Below are positions 37,660 through 47,456 of a stretch of DNA of 64,000 bases, piece by piece (the stretch's first letter is position 1; every line of letters begins with the position of its first letter). Where the stretch lies: positions 1,146,583-1,210,582 of the forward strand of contig JAXLYU010000005.1 of NCBI GenBank assembly GCA_046351255.1. The letters are read 5' to 3'. The notes beneath the pieces were generated by a model. The model saw nothing but the letters and a program-made list of their open reading frames with translations. It searched no databases and was not told the origin of the DNA. Position numbers and translations under genes: made by a program. Source of the DNA: Labilithrix sp. (lineage in GTDB: Bacteria; Myxococcota_A; Polyangia; Polyangiales; Polyangiaceae).

Positions 37660-38715
37660 ATGGGGAGGTCGCTGCTACGCGCCATCTTCCTCGGGAGCGT
37701 CACGTCCGCGTTCGTCGCGTGCAACGCGATCACGGGGCTCGGCGATCTCGTGACCGAGCCCGATGCGCCGGACGCGTCCGAGGCGAGCGTCGCCCCATTG
37801 CCCACGACGACCGGCACCGTGCCTGCTCCGGGGCTCGACGCCGGCAGGGACGGTGGCAGCCTCGGCACCGTCGATGCGGAGGTGGTCGACGGCTGCAGCA
37901 CGACGAGCTGCGAGGCGCTCCCGCTGGGCTTCCAGCTCGTCGCGATTGGCCCACGGAACGATGCGTGTCCCAACGGCTTCGGTCAGCCGCTCGATGCGGT
38001 CGAAGAGCCGGCGGTCGGTGCTGGCGCGTGTACGTGCGGCTGCGATCTGAAGCAAGCGCCGAGCTGCACCGTCGGAGGCGGTGCGACCATCACGCTCGGC
38101 TACGGAGCGGTCGGGAGCGGCACCTGCGCGATGGCCGGCCAGGACGTTCCGACCGGCTGTTCGACCGCGGGATTCATGGGCCCGTTCCTCCCTTACGAGC
38201 GAAGCTATACCGCGCCGCTGGCGACGCTGACCGGCGGCGCGTGCGACGTGAAGGTCGTCACCGACGACACCAAGCTCTCTACGAAGAGCCTCCGGGTGTG
38301 CCAGGCGACGGTGCTGCCACAGTGCGAAGGAAAGACGTGCCCGCCCGCGCTCACCGGATTCACCGCGTGCATCGCAGCGACGGGAGACGTGGCATGCCCC
38401 GCCGCTTGGCCGACGAAGCACCTCGTCGGTACGAGCGCGAGCTTCACGTGCAGCGCCGGATGCTCGTGCACGGTGGGCGGCCAGTGCTCGACCACGGGCA
38501 CGCTCAAGTACTACCCGACCGCGAACTGCACCGGCGGCGCGGACCTGACATACCCCGTCGGCGGCTGCGGGGCGACGCCCGGCTCCGGCGCGACCGTCTA
38601 TGGCTCGCACCGCTACGATCCGGCCGGGCCGTCGAGCACGCGGTGCAACACGGGCGGAACCTCGACGCCGAGCGCGCCGTCGCTCGCCCAGCCGTCGACG
38701 GTGTGCTGTCGCTGA
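37660..38715 (+). CDS. Cys-rich secreted lipoprotein (37 Cys)
   Basis: Lipobox FVACN. Repeated C-x-x-C, C-T-C-G-C and CSAGCSC motifs. Protein-like G/T/A-rich composition, versus an Arg-rich antisense artefact. Confidence 0.55.
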   Translation: MGRSLLRAIFLGSVTSAFVACNAITGLGDLVTEPDAPDASEASVAPLPTTTGTVPAPGLDAGRDGGSLGTVDAEVVDGCSTTSCEALPLGFQLVAIGPRNDACPNGFGQPLDAVEEPAVGAGACTCGCDLKQAPSCTVGGGATITLGYGAVGSGTCAMAGQDVPTGCSTAGFMGPFLPYERSYTAPLATLTGGACDVKVVTDDTKLSTKSLRVCQATVLPQCEGKTCPPALTGFTACIAATGDVACPAAWPTKHLVGTSASFTCSAGCSCTVGGQCSTTGTLKYYPTANCTGGADLTYPVGGCGATPGSGATVYGSHRYDPAGPSSTRCNTGGTSTPSAPSLAQPSTVCCR

Positions 38716-38834
38716 CGTGTTGATCAGCTCGCCGCGCGCAGCGTCAGGAGGGCGCAGATCAGCACGTCGGTCTGCACCAGCAAATGAAGCTTGCGCGAAG
38801 CGCGGTCTCGCGCACGTTCGCAGGCGCCGGGCGC

Positions 38835-39761
38835 TCACTCCGTCGCGGCCTTGGGCTTTGGCTTCCTCTTCTTCTTCGGTGGCACCGCGGACGCCGACGC
38901 GGACGGTGCGGCGGAGGCGGACGCGGACACGCTGGCCGGCGCGGCGGACGCGGAGGCCGACGCGACGAGCTTCGCGCCCGCGTCGCCATCGGTCACGCCG
39001 CGGAGCGCGGCTTCGACCTTCTTGTCGTCGATCGAGCCGTCGATGTCGATGTCCCAGTCGGTCTCGGTCGTGCCCGTCGCGAGCACGCCGGTGAGGAGCA
39101 GGCCCTTCACGGTGATGACGACGCGGTCGCCTTCGTGGAGCTTGTCTCCGATCGCGGCCCGGAGATCCACGATGAGATCCTCCCGGCCCTTCGATGTCAC
39201 GTCCGAGAGATGCGAGTACTGGATGTCGATGAAGACGCGGCGGGGCGCCGGCTCCGTGATCTGCGTGATCACGCCGAGCTCCGCCTTCTTGAAGCCTCGA
39301 TCCACGACGAGGGCTGCACACACGGCGTCGGCGAGCTCCTGCGCGCCCGGACCTTCGCCCCAGGTCGTGCCCGTGAGCAGATGCTCCTCGAGGCGCATCA
39401 CCTCCTTGTGCTCGGGGGTCGGCGGCGGCGGCGGCGGCGCAGTCGCGACCGCGATACCGATGAAGACGAAGAACGCGAGCATGCCTCCGCCGAGCACGAT
39501 GAATGGCACGAGGATGCCGCTGCGATCGAGGAAAGGCATCTTCGGGATCGGGTAGGGCGGGCGCCCGTACACGGAGTAACCGCACACGGTGCAGGTGGCG
39601 CTGATCTGCTCGCCGAACGAGAAGAGCGGGAAGAAGAAGAAGTGGCCGGTCTTGTACTGACGGCGCCAGTGGATCTGCGCCACGTTCTGGCAGCGCGGAC
39701 AGCGGTCCGACGAGGGCGGTAGCATGACGTCCCGCTGGTATCGCCCAAAGATGAGAAGCAT
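38835..39761 (-). CDS. Zn-ribbon membrane protein with poly-Pro, Ala/Ser-rich and Lys-rich C-terminal segments
   Basis: CPRCQ...CTVCGY (zinc ribbon), one TM helix (ILVPFIVLGGGMLAFFVFIGIAVA), PPPPPPTP, ASASASAAPASVSASASAAP, KKKRKPKPK tail. Start at the ATG at 39761. Confidence 0.5.
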   Translation of the reverse strand: MLLIFGRYQRDVMLPPSSDRCPRCQNVAQIHWRRQYKTGHFFFFPLFSFGEQISATCTVCGYSVYGRPPYPIPKMPFLDRSGILVPFIVLGGGMLAFFVFIGIAVATAPPPPPPTPEHKEVMRLEEHLLTGTTWGEGPGAQELADAVCAALVVDRGFKKAELGVITQITEPAPRRVFIDIQYSHLSDVTSKGREDLIVDLRAAIGDKLHEGDRVVITVKGLLLTGVLATGTTETDWDIDIDGSIDDKKVEAALRGVTDGDAGAKLVASASASAAPASVSASASAAPSASASAVPPKKKRKPKPKAATE

Positions 39762-39866
39762 CGACGGGGCGTAGCATTTGCGGCGGGGTGCGCCACGTTC
39801 GGACGGGACGCGCTCGAACCGTGAGAAGCGGGAAACATTCGAGATTTCAGGGTAGGATCCGCGGCC

Positions 39867-41159
39867 ATGTCCTCGGCGATGGAGCGAGCGCGGGCGGTCC
39901 TGGCGACGGCCAAAGCAAAGGCCGACCAGCTGGCGTCGATCGAGCCGTACCTCATCGATCTGTCCCTGCGCGAGAACGTCTTCGGGTCCGACGTTGGCCA
40001 GACCCTCGCTGACAAGCTCGCCATCCTCCCGCAGCTCCGCGCGTTCGGCTTTCAGAACATCCTCCTCGGGACGCTCGACTACGCCCTCTCCGACGAGCCC
40101 GAGGTCGACGACGACTTCATGCAATACCTCCGCGATCACCAGATCGACATGACCGGAGGGTTTGCGTTCACCGACATCGGCCTCGCCGACGGCAGCGGCA
40201 ACTTCACGCCGTCGGTGTCGATGCAGAAGCTCCAGAGCTATCGCGTCCCGAACACGCTCCACGAGATCTACGTGAGCCCGCAAGGCATGAAGTCCGCCGG
40301 GTACGACTTCACCACGATGTATCGCAGCCTGGGCCCGACCATCGCCTGGCTCAACGAGAACGTCGTCGGGGATCACGGCGGCAAGCCCCGCATCCTCATC
40401 AACATCGTCGACGGGTGCGACGCGCTCATGGAGAACATGGACCAGACCGCGGAGGTCCTCTCGTTCCTGGCCACGCAGCCGATCGAAGGCGTGAGCATCG
40501 AGGACGATCGCGGGACGTACATGCCGTTCCAGGTCGGCGCCATCGTGGCTGCGGCGCGGAGCCTCTTGCCTCCGCCGCTCAAGATCCTCGTCCACATGCA
40601 CACGGGCGCGGGCTTCGAGAACGCCTCCGTCATCGAGGCGCTCCTGAACGGCGCGGACGGCGCCTGGGGCGGCCTTCCCAAGCGCGCCGCCATCATCGGC
40701 CATGCGTCGCTCGGCGAGCTCATCGCGAACCTGGTGCGCGTCGGCAATCCGAACATGGCCTCCGCGTACCAGGTGAAGGATCTGCTTCCGCTCGCGACCC
40801 GGCTGCAAGAGCTCGACAGCGAGTCCAGCGTCCCCGACGACGAGCCGATCCTCGGCGCAAATGCTTATCGCCTCACGCTCGACTTCTTTCGCCAGACGAG
40901 CACGCGCTTCATGGATCTCCCGCCGGACGTCATCGGGGGCGCGTACGGATATCGGGTTTGCCCGCTGGCGGCCGACGCGATCGTCCTCGCGGGCCGTCTC
41001 GCGGAGGTCACCGGCCGGGATCCGGCGAGCTTCCCCGCCGAGGTCCTCGAGATGATGATTCGCATCATGCGCCGCGACCTGCGGAGCGCTCGAAAGATCG
41101 TGTACGACGAGCCCACGGCGCTCCTCGACCTCCATGCGCGTGCAGGAGGCAAGTCATGA
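39867..41159 (+). CDS. DRE-TIM metallolyase (HMGL-like / pyruvate carboxyltransferase) family protein
   Basis: N-terminus IDLSLRENVF parallels the DTTLRDGEQ motif. LVHMHTGAGFENASVIEALLNGADGAWGGL...GHASLGELIANL parallels the HxH...G.AN..AA..AGA...GLGER.GN..LEE pattern of HMG-CoA lyase and isopropylmalate synthase. Confidence 0.5.
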   Translation: MSSAMERARAVLATAKAKADQLASIEPYLIDLSLRENVFGSDVGQTLADKLAILPQLRAFGFQNILLGTLDYALSDEPEVDDDFMQYLRDHQIDMTGGFAFTDIGLADGSGNFTPSVSMQKLQSYRVPNTLHEIYVSPQGMKSAGYDFTTMYRSLGPTIAWLNENVVGDHGGKPRILINIVDGCDALMENMDQTAEVLSFLATQPIEGVSIEDDRGTYMPFQVGAIVAAARSLLPPPLKILVHMHTGAGFENASVIEALLNGADGAWGGLPKRAAIIGHASLGELIANLVRVGNPNMASAYQVKDLLPLATRLQELDSESSVPDDEPILGANAYRLTLDFFRQTSTRFMDLPPDVIGGAYGYRVCPLAADAIVLAGRLAEVTGRDPASFPAEVLEMMIRIMRRDLRSARKIVYDEPTALLDLHARAGGKS

Positions 41160-42115
41160 GCGAGGGCGCGGGTGGACCGATGTCGAAGTCGTCGCGCTTC
41201 GTCGACGGCAGTATCTACAAGACATTGCTCGAGTCGACGAAGGCGATCCCGTGGAAGATCGACTGGGCGACGTCGACGTTCGCGTACATCGGACCGCAGA
41301 TCGAGGACCTCCTCGGCTGGACGCCGGAGAGCTGGGAGACGGTGCAAGATTGGGCGTCGCGCATGCACCCGGACGATCAGAAATGGGTCGTCGACTTCTG
41401 CGTCGCGCAGTCGAAGGCCGGCGTCGATCACGAGGCCGATTACCGCGCGATGACGAAGGACGGCAAATACATCTGGATCCGCGACGTCGTGCACGTCGTT
41501 CGAGACGACGCCGGAAACGTGCTGTCGCTCATCGGGTTCATGTTCGACATCAGCGAGCGAAAGCGCACCGAGGAGCAGCTCTTGAAGCTCCAGCGCGAGC
41601 TCGAAGACCTCTCGTACCGCGACGGCCTCACGAACGTCGCCAATCGCCGCCATTTCGACAGTCAGTTCGAGATCGAGTGGAAATCGGCGCGGCGGAACAA
41701 GGTGCCGCTCTCGCTCGCCCTCATCGATATCGACTTCTTCAAGCAGTACAACGACACGTACGGTCACGTTCGGGGCGACGAGTGCCTGAAGCGCGTGGCG
41801 GCCACGCTCGTTGGGCGGGTATCACGCCCGCGCGACATGGTCGCCCGCTTCGGCGGAGAGGAGTTCGCCCTCCTCCTGCCCGAGACCGACGCGCCGGGCG
41901 CGCTTCACATCGCGACCGCCTGCCTCGAGTCGATCTCCGGCGAGAAGATCACCCACGACCGCTCCGAGGCGGCGCCGGTGGTCACGATCAGCGTGGGCGT
42001 CGGAACGGTGGTGCCGTCCTCCGACGACGATCCCACCCGCTTCCTGGACGAGGTCGACCAGTGCCTCTATCGCGCGAAGCAGTCCGGCCGCAACCGGCTC
42101 ATCGCGCGGAAGTGA
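41156..42115 (+). CDS. PAS + GGDEF diguanylate cyclase
   Basis: ATGA overlap with the upstream gene and a GGAGG Shine-Dalgarno. PAS domain (YRAMTKDGKYIWIRDVVHVVRDDAGNVLSLIGFMFDISERKR). RFGGEEFALLL (GGEEF active site) with RxxD-like upstream context. Confidence 0.85.
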   Translation: MSEGAGGPMSKSSRFVDGSIYKTLLESTKAIPWKIDWATSTFAYIGPQIEDLLGWTPESWETVQDWASRMHPDDQKWVVDFCVAQSKAGVDHEADYRAMTKDGKYIWIRDVVHVVRDDAGNVLSLIGFMFDISERKRTEEQLLKLQRELEDLSYRDGLTNVANRRHFDSQFEIEWKSARRNKVPLSLALIDIDFFKQYNDTYGHVRGDECLKRVAATLVGRVSRPRDMVARFGGEEFALLLPETDAPGALHIATACLESISGEKITHDRSEAAPVVTISVGVGTVVPSSDDDPTRFLDEVDQCLYRAKQSGRNRLIARK

Positions 42116-43091
42116 CGCTCATCGCGATCACGAGGATGTTGGCGATCACGTAGAGGGCCGGCAATCCGAGGGCGAATCGCCGGTCGATGCGCTTCGACGC
42201 GTCTTCGCGGCCGTGCTCGAAGAGCCAGAGCGAATACGTCGACTGGGCGAGCGTGACGAAGATCGCCGCGTACGCGACCACGTGCAGCTTGTCGGCGAGG
42301 GTCGCGGCGCCGATCTCGGGGAGGCCGCTCGATACGGTGTATTCGCTCGCAATGGCAGCGAAGATGGCGCCGACGCCGAGGCCGAAGCGGGGGTCCACGT
42401 TCGTGGGCTTGATGAAGAAGCAGAGGAAGGCGATCGCGGCCGCGATCCAGAGCGCGAAGAAGAGCTTGGCGAAGTAGGTATTCCCCTCGCGGCCCATCGT
42501 GATGGACGTGGTGATTCGCGAGTAGTCGCTCTCGTGATCCTTCGGGAGCGTGGTGTCGCCGAAGTTGGAGCGATAATGGCCAGTCCCGGCCTTCGTGCCC
42601 AGGAAGGTGAGGACGTAGCCCGGCATCTGCACCGAGGGAGCGATGGCGGAGTTCTCCTCGTCCGCCTCGTAGCGGATCACGGTGACGTCCTCCTTGTCCT
42701 CCTCGAGCGAGATATCGAGCTGATAGCGATCGAGCGGATACTTCCGGACGTCCCAGTACTTCGTGATCTTCACGACCACGCGATACGAGAAATAGTTGCT
42801 GCCGTCCGGTAGCGTGCGATTGCCGGTCTCGGTCTTCGAGTCGATGCGCCCGTCGATGAAGGAGAAGCTCTCGTTCGGCTTCGCGTCGCCCTTCCAGCGA
42901 AACCAGACGTAGAGATCGACCACGAAGAAGTTCTCCTTCAGGTTCATCTCGTGGATCTGGTTCAGGTACATCCCCGTCTTCACGACGGTGACGCCGGTGG
43001 GCGCGGCGGGCGCGGGCGTCGCGACCGCCCCGGCGTTCGAGGTGGTGAGCAGGGCGACGACGAAGGTCAGGGCGACGAGGAGCGCGCGCAC
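42099..43091 (-). CDS. Prokaryotic pentameric ligand-gated ion channel (Cys-loop receptor family, GLIC/ELIC-like) homolog
   Basis: Signal peptide, ~190-aa beta-rich ectodomain, then 4 TM helices. C-terminal SKRIDRRFALGLPALYVIANILVIAM closely parallels GLIC M4 TRASRIAFPVVFLLANIILAFLF. Confidence 0.6.
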   Translation of the reverse strand: MRALLVALTFVVALLTTSNAGAVATPAPAAPTGVTVVKTGMYLNQIHEMNLKENFFVVDLYVWFRWKGDAKPNESFSFIDGRIDSKTETGNRTLPDGSNYFSYRVVVKITKYWDVRKYPLDRYQLDISLEEDKEDVTVIRYEADEENSAIAPSVQMPGYVLTFLGTKAGTGHYRSNFGDTTLPKDHESDYSRITTSITMGREGNTYFAKLFFALWIAAAIAFLCFFIKPTNVDPRFGLGVGAIFAAIASEYTVSSGLPEIGAATLADKLHVVAYAAIFVTLAQSTYSLWLFEHGREDASKRIDRRFALGLPALYVIANILVIAMSVTSAR

Positions 43092-43095
43092 GCGC

Positions 43096-43413
43096 CTACG
43101 ATATACCGGTCTCCGCCAGCGCGTGAGCCAGTGCGCGCCGGCGCCGTGCGCGCGGCGCGTCGCCGAGCAGCTCGGAGACCTCCGCGTCGGTCTCGAGCAG
43201 CTTCACGAGCGCCCCGACTTTGTCTCCGGACATCATGCGGATGGACGCGGGGTCGAGGCGGTCGAGAACGAGGGTCGGCACGCCGACCTGCGAATACGCT
43301 GCGTCGATCTCGCGGCGCGTCTCCGTCGGGTGCTCGGCGGCGCGCCCGATCACGCGATTCGCGAGCTGCGCCATCTCCTCGAGGAGACGTTCGAGATAGT
43401 CGCGCTTGATCAC
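43096..43413 (-). CDS. Small hypothetical protein, GTGA-coupled to the upstream small gene
   Basis: GTG at 43413 overlaps the TGA of the upstream ORF (gtga). Translates to VIKRDYLERLLEEMAQLANRVIGRAAEHP... Confidence 0.35.
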   Translation of the reverse strand: MIKRDYLERLLEEMAQLANRVIGRAAEHPTETRREIDAAYSQVGVPTLVLDRLDPASIRMMSGDKVGALVKLLETDAEVSELLGDAPRARRRRALAHALAETGIS

Positions 43414-43712
43414 GAGGGGCTCCCCGGCGCGTCCGCGCGTTCCTGGACCAGGACGAAGGGCTGCACGACGAGCGCGGTCCAGGGCGAGCCCGTGCGCTTC
43501 GACCATTGCTCAATCGTCTCGAGGGTCGGCTTGCCGATGAGGCCGCGCTCGATCCACTCCGCCACGCGTGCCTTGTCGTCGCGGGCGACCGCCTCACCGA
43601 CCTCGAGAAGGTCGAGCTCGAGGGCGACCGTGATGACCGCGCCGCGGGTGAGGTGGGCGCGCAGGTCGGAGAATTCGATCGGGCCCATCCCCTCTTCCAG
43701 CTGCTTGCGCAT
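43410..43712 (-). CDS. Small conserved hypothetical protein (possibly DUF2288-like)
   Basis: MRKQLEEGMGPIEFSDLRAHLTRGAVITVALELDLLEVGEAVARDDKARVAEWIERG...PFVLVQE. 100 aa. Confidence 0.4.
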   Translation of the reverse strand: MRKQLEEGMGPIEFSDLRAHLTRGAVITVALELDLLEVGEAVARDDKARVAEWIERGLIGKPTLETIEQWSKRTGSPWTALVVQPFVLVQERADAPGSPS

Positions 43713-43808
43713 GTGCGACGCCTACCACGCGTGGTACGCAAACGACGTGGGCTTTGTTCCGTCTTTCTCACGCAACCGGCTCGAGCCGGCGGCCGAGGAT
43801 AGGCAAGG

Positions 43809-46800
43809 ATGAGCGTCCTCGTCGTCGCGGAGAAGCCGAGCGTGGCGCGTGACATCGCGCAGGTGCTGGGCGCTCGCTCGCGCGGCGAAGGCTATTTCCA
43901 CGGCGGCGCGTGGGTCGTCACCTGGGCCATTGGCCATCTCGTGGCGCTCGCCGAGCCTCACCAGATGAACGCGGCGTGGAAGAAGTGGCGCCTCGACGAC
44001 CTGCCCATCCTTCCCGAGCGCTGGCCGCTGGTACCGGGCGAGAAGACGCGCGACCAGTACGACGTCGTTCGTCGTTTCCTGCTCGACCCGGCGGTACGCG
44101 GCGTGGTCTGCGCGACGGACGCGGGGCGCGAGGGCGAGCTCATCTTTCGCTACGTCTACGAGGCGGCGCGCTCGAACAAGCCGGTGAAGCGGCTGTGGAT
44201 CTCGTCGCTCACCGCGGAGGCGATCGCGCAGGGCTTCAAGTCCCTCGCGCCGGGGGCCGACTTCGACCGTCTCGCGGACGCGGCGCGCGCGCGTAGCCGT
44301 GCGGACTGGCTCGTCGGCATGAACCTCTCGCGCGTGTACAGCCTCCTGCACGACGACAACCTCAGCGTCGGGCGCGTCCAGACGCCGACGCTCGCGATGC
44401 TCGTCGCGCGCGAGCTCGAGATCCGCGACTTCGTGCCCGAGGACTACCTCGAGGTCGTCGTGGACTTCGGACCGGAGAAATATTCCGGCACGTTCGTCGG
44501 CGAAAAGAAGGAAGCGGCGCGGCTCGAGCCCGACGGGGAGGCGGCGAACGCGATCGTCGCGCGGGCGAAGACGGGGCAGGCGGCGGTCGAGTCGGTCGAG
44601 CGAAAGACGCGGAGGCTCCCGCCGCCGCAGCTCTACGATCTGACGGAGCTCCAGCGCCACGCGAATCGGCTTTACGGCTTCACCGCGCAGCGCACGCTCC
44701 AGATCGCGCAGAAGCTCTACGAGGAGCGAAAGCTGATCACGTATCCGCGTACGGGCAGCCGGCATCTCTCCCGCACCGTCGCCGAGCAGCTCCCGAACGT
44801 GGTGCGCGCGATCGAGGAGCCGTACCGGGCCATGCTCGCGGCGGGCACCGGCGCCCGCCCGCTCGGGCCGCGCTTCGTGGACGACACGGAGGTGACCGAC
44901 CACCACGCCATCATCCCGACGGAGAAAGAGGCCCCGGGCGATCTGCCTCCCGACGAGAAGCGCATCTACGACCTCGTGTGCCGGCGCCTGCTCTCGGCGT
45001 GGCACGGCGATCACGTCTTCGCGGTCACGAGCGTCATCACCGCGATCGTGAATCCCGATCATCATGATCGCTATCTGAGCTCCGGCACGAGCGTGGAGGA
45101 GCAAGGCTGGAAGGTGCTCGATATCGGCTTTGGCCGCCCGCCGAAGGACGCTCCACCGACGCTCCCGGGCGGGCTCGCGCGAGGGCAGAAGAAGGTCGTC
45201 CTGGACGCGAAGGCGGTGAAGAAGCAGACGCGTCCGCCGCCGCGCTTCACCGACGCAACACTCCTCACCATGATGGAGACGGCGGGGCGCCTCGTCGACG
45301 AGCGCGAGCTCTCCCAGGCGATGCGCGAATGCGGCCTCGGCACGCCCGCGACGCGCGCGGCGATCATCGAGACGCTGCTCGCGCGCGAGTACATCGTTCG
45401 AGACGGCAAGGCCTTCTCCGCGACGGACAAGGGCATCGCTCTCATCGGGCTCGTCCACCCGCACGTGAAGAGCCCGGCGATGACGGGCGACTGGGAGTCG
45501 AAGCTCGCGCGCATCGAGCGGGGAACGGAGAGCCTCGACGGCTTCATGAAGGCGATCGAGGCCTGGGTGAAGGAGGTCGTCGGCAACGTCGCCGCGTCCA
45601 CGCCGGCGCCCCCGCGCCCCCGCACGCCCGCGCCCGGAGCGGCGGCGCCGCCGCCCTCCGGAGCGGCGCGCCCCCCGAAGACGGAGCGCACGCGCGAGCT
45701 CGGGCCGCTCCTGCGCGACGCCTTCGGCTTCACCGAGTTTCGGCCGTATCAGGAGGAGGTGTGCAAGGCCGCGGCGGGCGGGCGCGACGTGCTCCTCGTG
45801 ATGCCCACCGGCGCGGGCAAGTCGCTCTGCTATCAGCTCCCGGGGCTCGCGCGCGGCGGCACGACGCTCGTGATCAGCCCACTCATCGCGCTGATGGAAG
45901 ACCAGGTCGCGCAGCTCACGAAGCGCGGCTTCGCGGCGGAGCGCATTCACTCCGGCCGGCCGCGGCTGGCGTCGCGCGAGGCGTGCCAGGCGTATCTCGC
46001 GGGCGATCTCGATTACCTCTTCATCGCGCCCGAGCGGCTGCGCGTGCCGGGATTCCCGGAGATGCTCGCGCGCCGCAAGCCGGCGCTCATCGCCATCGAC
46101 GAGGCGCATTGTATTTCGCAATGGGGACACGATTTCCGTCCCGACTACCGGCTCCTCGGCGACCGGCTGCCACTCTTGTGTCCGTCGCCGGTGATCGCGC
46201 TCACCGCGACCGCCACGCCAGGCGTGCAGGACGATATCGCGGCCCAGCTTCGGCTCGACAACGCCGCGCGCTTCATTCACGGATTCCGGCGCACGAATAT
46301 CGGTGTCGAGGTGGTGGAGCGCAATCCCGGCGAGCGCGCCGCCATCGTCGTCGACCTGCTCTCGAAGGCCGAGCGGCGGCCCGCGATCGTCTATGCCCCG
46401 ACACGCAGCGATGCGGAGAAGCTCGCCAGCGAGCTGAAGAAGCTCCGCGCCGCCGCGTACCACGCCGGGCTCGGCGCTGACGTGCGCGATCGCGTACAGG
46501 CCGCCTTCCTCGGCGGCAAGCTCGACGTCATCGTCGCGACGATCGCGTTCGGGATGGGCATCGACAAACCCGACGTGCGCACCGTCGTCCATACCGCGCT
46601 GCCGTCGTCCGTCGAGGGTTACTACCAGGAGATCGGTCGCGCCGGGCGCGACGGCAAGCCTTCGCGTGCCGTCCTCTTGCACTCCTTCGTCGACACGAAG
46701 ACGCACGAGTTCTTCCTCGAGCGCGACTATCCCGACGTCGACGTCGTCGCGAAGGTGGCGAAGGCGCTCGCCGCCTCCGGCGAGGACGCGACGGCCGCGA

Positions 46801-47456
46801 AGATCGCCAAGAAGGCGAAGGTGAAGACGGAGATCGTGCAGAAGGCGCTCGAGAAGCTGCAGATCCACGGCGCGGACCCCGACTGGCGCCGCGCCTACGA
46901 GGCGCAGCGCGCGCACAAGCGGGACGCGCTCGACCGCATGCGGCGCTTCGCAGAGAGCGCCACGTGCCGGATGCTCCAGCTCGTCACGCACTTCGGCGAC
47001 GAGCGCGACGGCGGCGCGCCGTGCGGGATCTGCGACGTATGCGACGCGAGCGCGTGCATCGCCCTCTCGTTCCGCGCGCCGAGCGCGCTCGAGAGCGACG
47101 CCGCCGAGCGCATCGTCGCCGCGCTCCGCGGGAAGGACGGTCGCTCCGTCGGCCAGATCCTGCGCGAGGTGTTTCCGGAGAACGAGCTCGATCGCCGCGG
47201 GCTCGACCACGTGCTCGCCGCCCTCTCCCGCGCGGGGGTGGTCGAGCTCGTGAACGACGAGTTCGTGAAGGACGGCAAGACGATCCCGTTCCAGCGTGTC
47301 TGGCTCGAGAGCGCAGACGGTACGACCAGCGCTCCGCTCCGCGTCGTCATCACGCCGCCGAAGAAGGCGAAGCGCGGGAAGGGGGCGACGAAGAGCGACT
47401 CCGCGCGCCGAGCGTTCTTCGCGCGCCGAGCGAAGGGGAAGAAGAAGCGGAAATGA
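43809..47456 (+). CDS. Fusion protein: type IA DNA topoisomerase III (N-terminal ~600 aa) + RecQ-family DEAH helicase with RecQ-Ct zinc module (C-terminal ~580 aa)
   Basis: Toprim [18 protein letters not shown] and the Topo IA active-site Tyr region [13 protein letters not shown]. After a Pro-rich linker: FRPYQEEV...[18 protein letters not shown] (helicase motif I), [20 protein letters not shown] (DEAH), [32 protein letters not shown] (motif VI), [13 protein letters not shown]...CGICDVCD (Zn-binding RecQ C-terminal region). One uninterrupted 1215-aa reading frame. Confidence 0.9.
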   Translation: MSVLVVAEKPSVARDIAQVLGARSRGEGYFHGGAWVVTWAIGHLVALAEPHQMNAAWKKWRLDDLPILPERWPLVPGEKTRDQYDVVRRFLLDPAVRGVVCATDAGREGELIFRYVYEAARSNKPVKRLWISSLTAEAIAQGFKSLAPGADFDRLADAARARSRADWLVGMNLSRVYSLLHDDNLSVGRVQTPTLAMLVARELEIRDFVPEDYLEVVVDFGPEKYSGTFVGEKKEAARLEPDGEAANAIVARAKTGQAAVESVERKTRRLPPPQLYDLTELQRHANRLYGFTAQRTLQIAQKLYEERKLITYPRTGSRHLSRTVAEQLPNVVRAIEEPYRAMLAAGTGARPLGPRFVDDTEVTDHHAIIPTEKEAPGDLPPDEKRIYDLVCRRLLSAWHGDHVFAVTSVITAIVNPDHHDRYLSSGTSVEEQGWKVLDIGFGRPPKDAPPTLPGGLARGQKKVVLDAKAVKKQTRPPPRFTDATLLTMMETAGRLVDERELSQAMRECGLGTPATRAAIIETLLAREYIVRDGKAFSATDKGIALIGLVHPHVKSPAMTGDWESKLARIERGTESLDGFMKAIEAWVKEVVGNVAASTPAPPRPRTPAPGAAAPPPSGAARPPKTERTRELGPLLRDAFGFTEFRPYQEEVCKAAAGGRDVLLVMPTGAGKSLCYQLPGLARGGTTLVISPLIALMEDQVAQLTKRGFAAERIHSGRPRLASREACQAYLAGDLDYLFIAPERLRVPGFPEMLARRKPALIAIDEAHCISQWGHDFRPDYRLLGDRLPLLCPSPVIALTATATPGVQDDIAAQLRLDNAARFIHGFRRTNIGVEVVERNPGERAAIVVDLLSKAERRPAIVYAPTRSDAEKLASELKKLRAAAYHAGLGADVRDRVQAAFLGGKLDVIVATIAFGMGIDKPDVRTVVHTALPSSVEGYYQEIGRAGRDGKPSRAVLLHSFVDTKTHEFFLERDYPDVDVVAKVAKALAASGEDATAAKIAKKAKVKTEIVQKALEKLQIHGADPDWRRAYEAQRAHKRDALDRMRRFAESATCRMLQLVTHFGDERDGGAPCGICDVCDASACIALSFRAPSALESDAAERIVAALRGKDGRSVGQILREVFPENELDRRGLDHVLAALSRAGVVELVNDEFVKDGKTIPFQRVWLESADGTTSAPLRVVITPPKKAKRGKGATKSDSARRAFFARRAKGKKKRK

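Noticed and set aside
37675-39777. 700-aa minus-strand ORF
   Set aside because: Arg-rich artefact antisense to the Cys-rich lipoprotein gene and in a different frame from the Zn-ribbon protein. The same applies to 38784..39722 (+) and 38835..41135, which is only real for its last 308 aa.
43713-43808. Possible LexA/SOS box upstream of the topo-RecQ gene (GTTCCG near gggctttGTTCCGtctttctcacgc)
   Set aside because: It does not fit the myxobacterial (CTRHAMRYBYGTTCAGS) or alphaproteobacterial GTTC-N7-GTTC LexA consensus well. It is only a single half-site-like GTTC.
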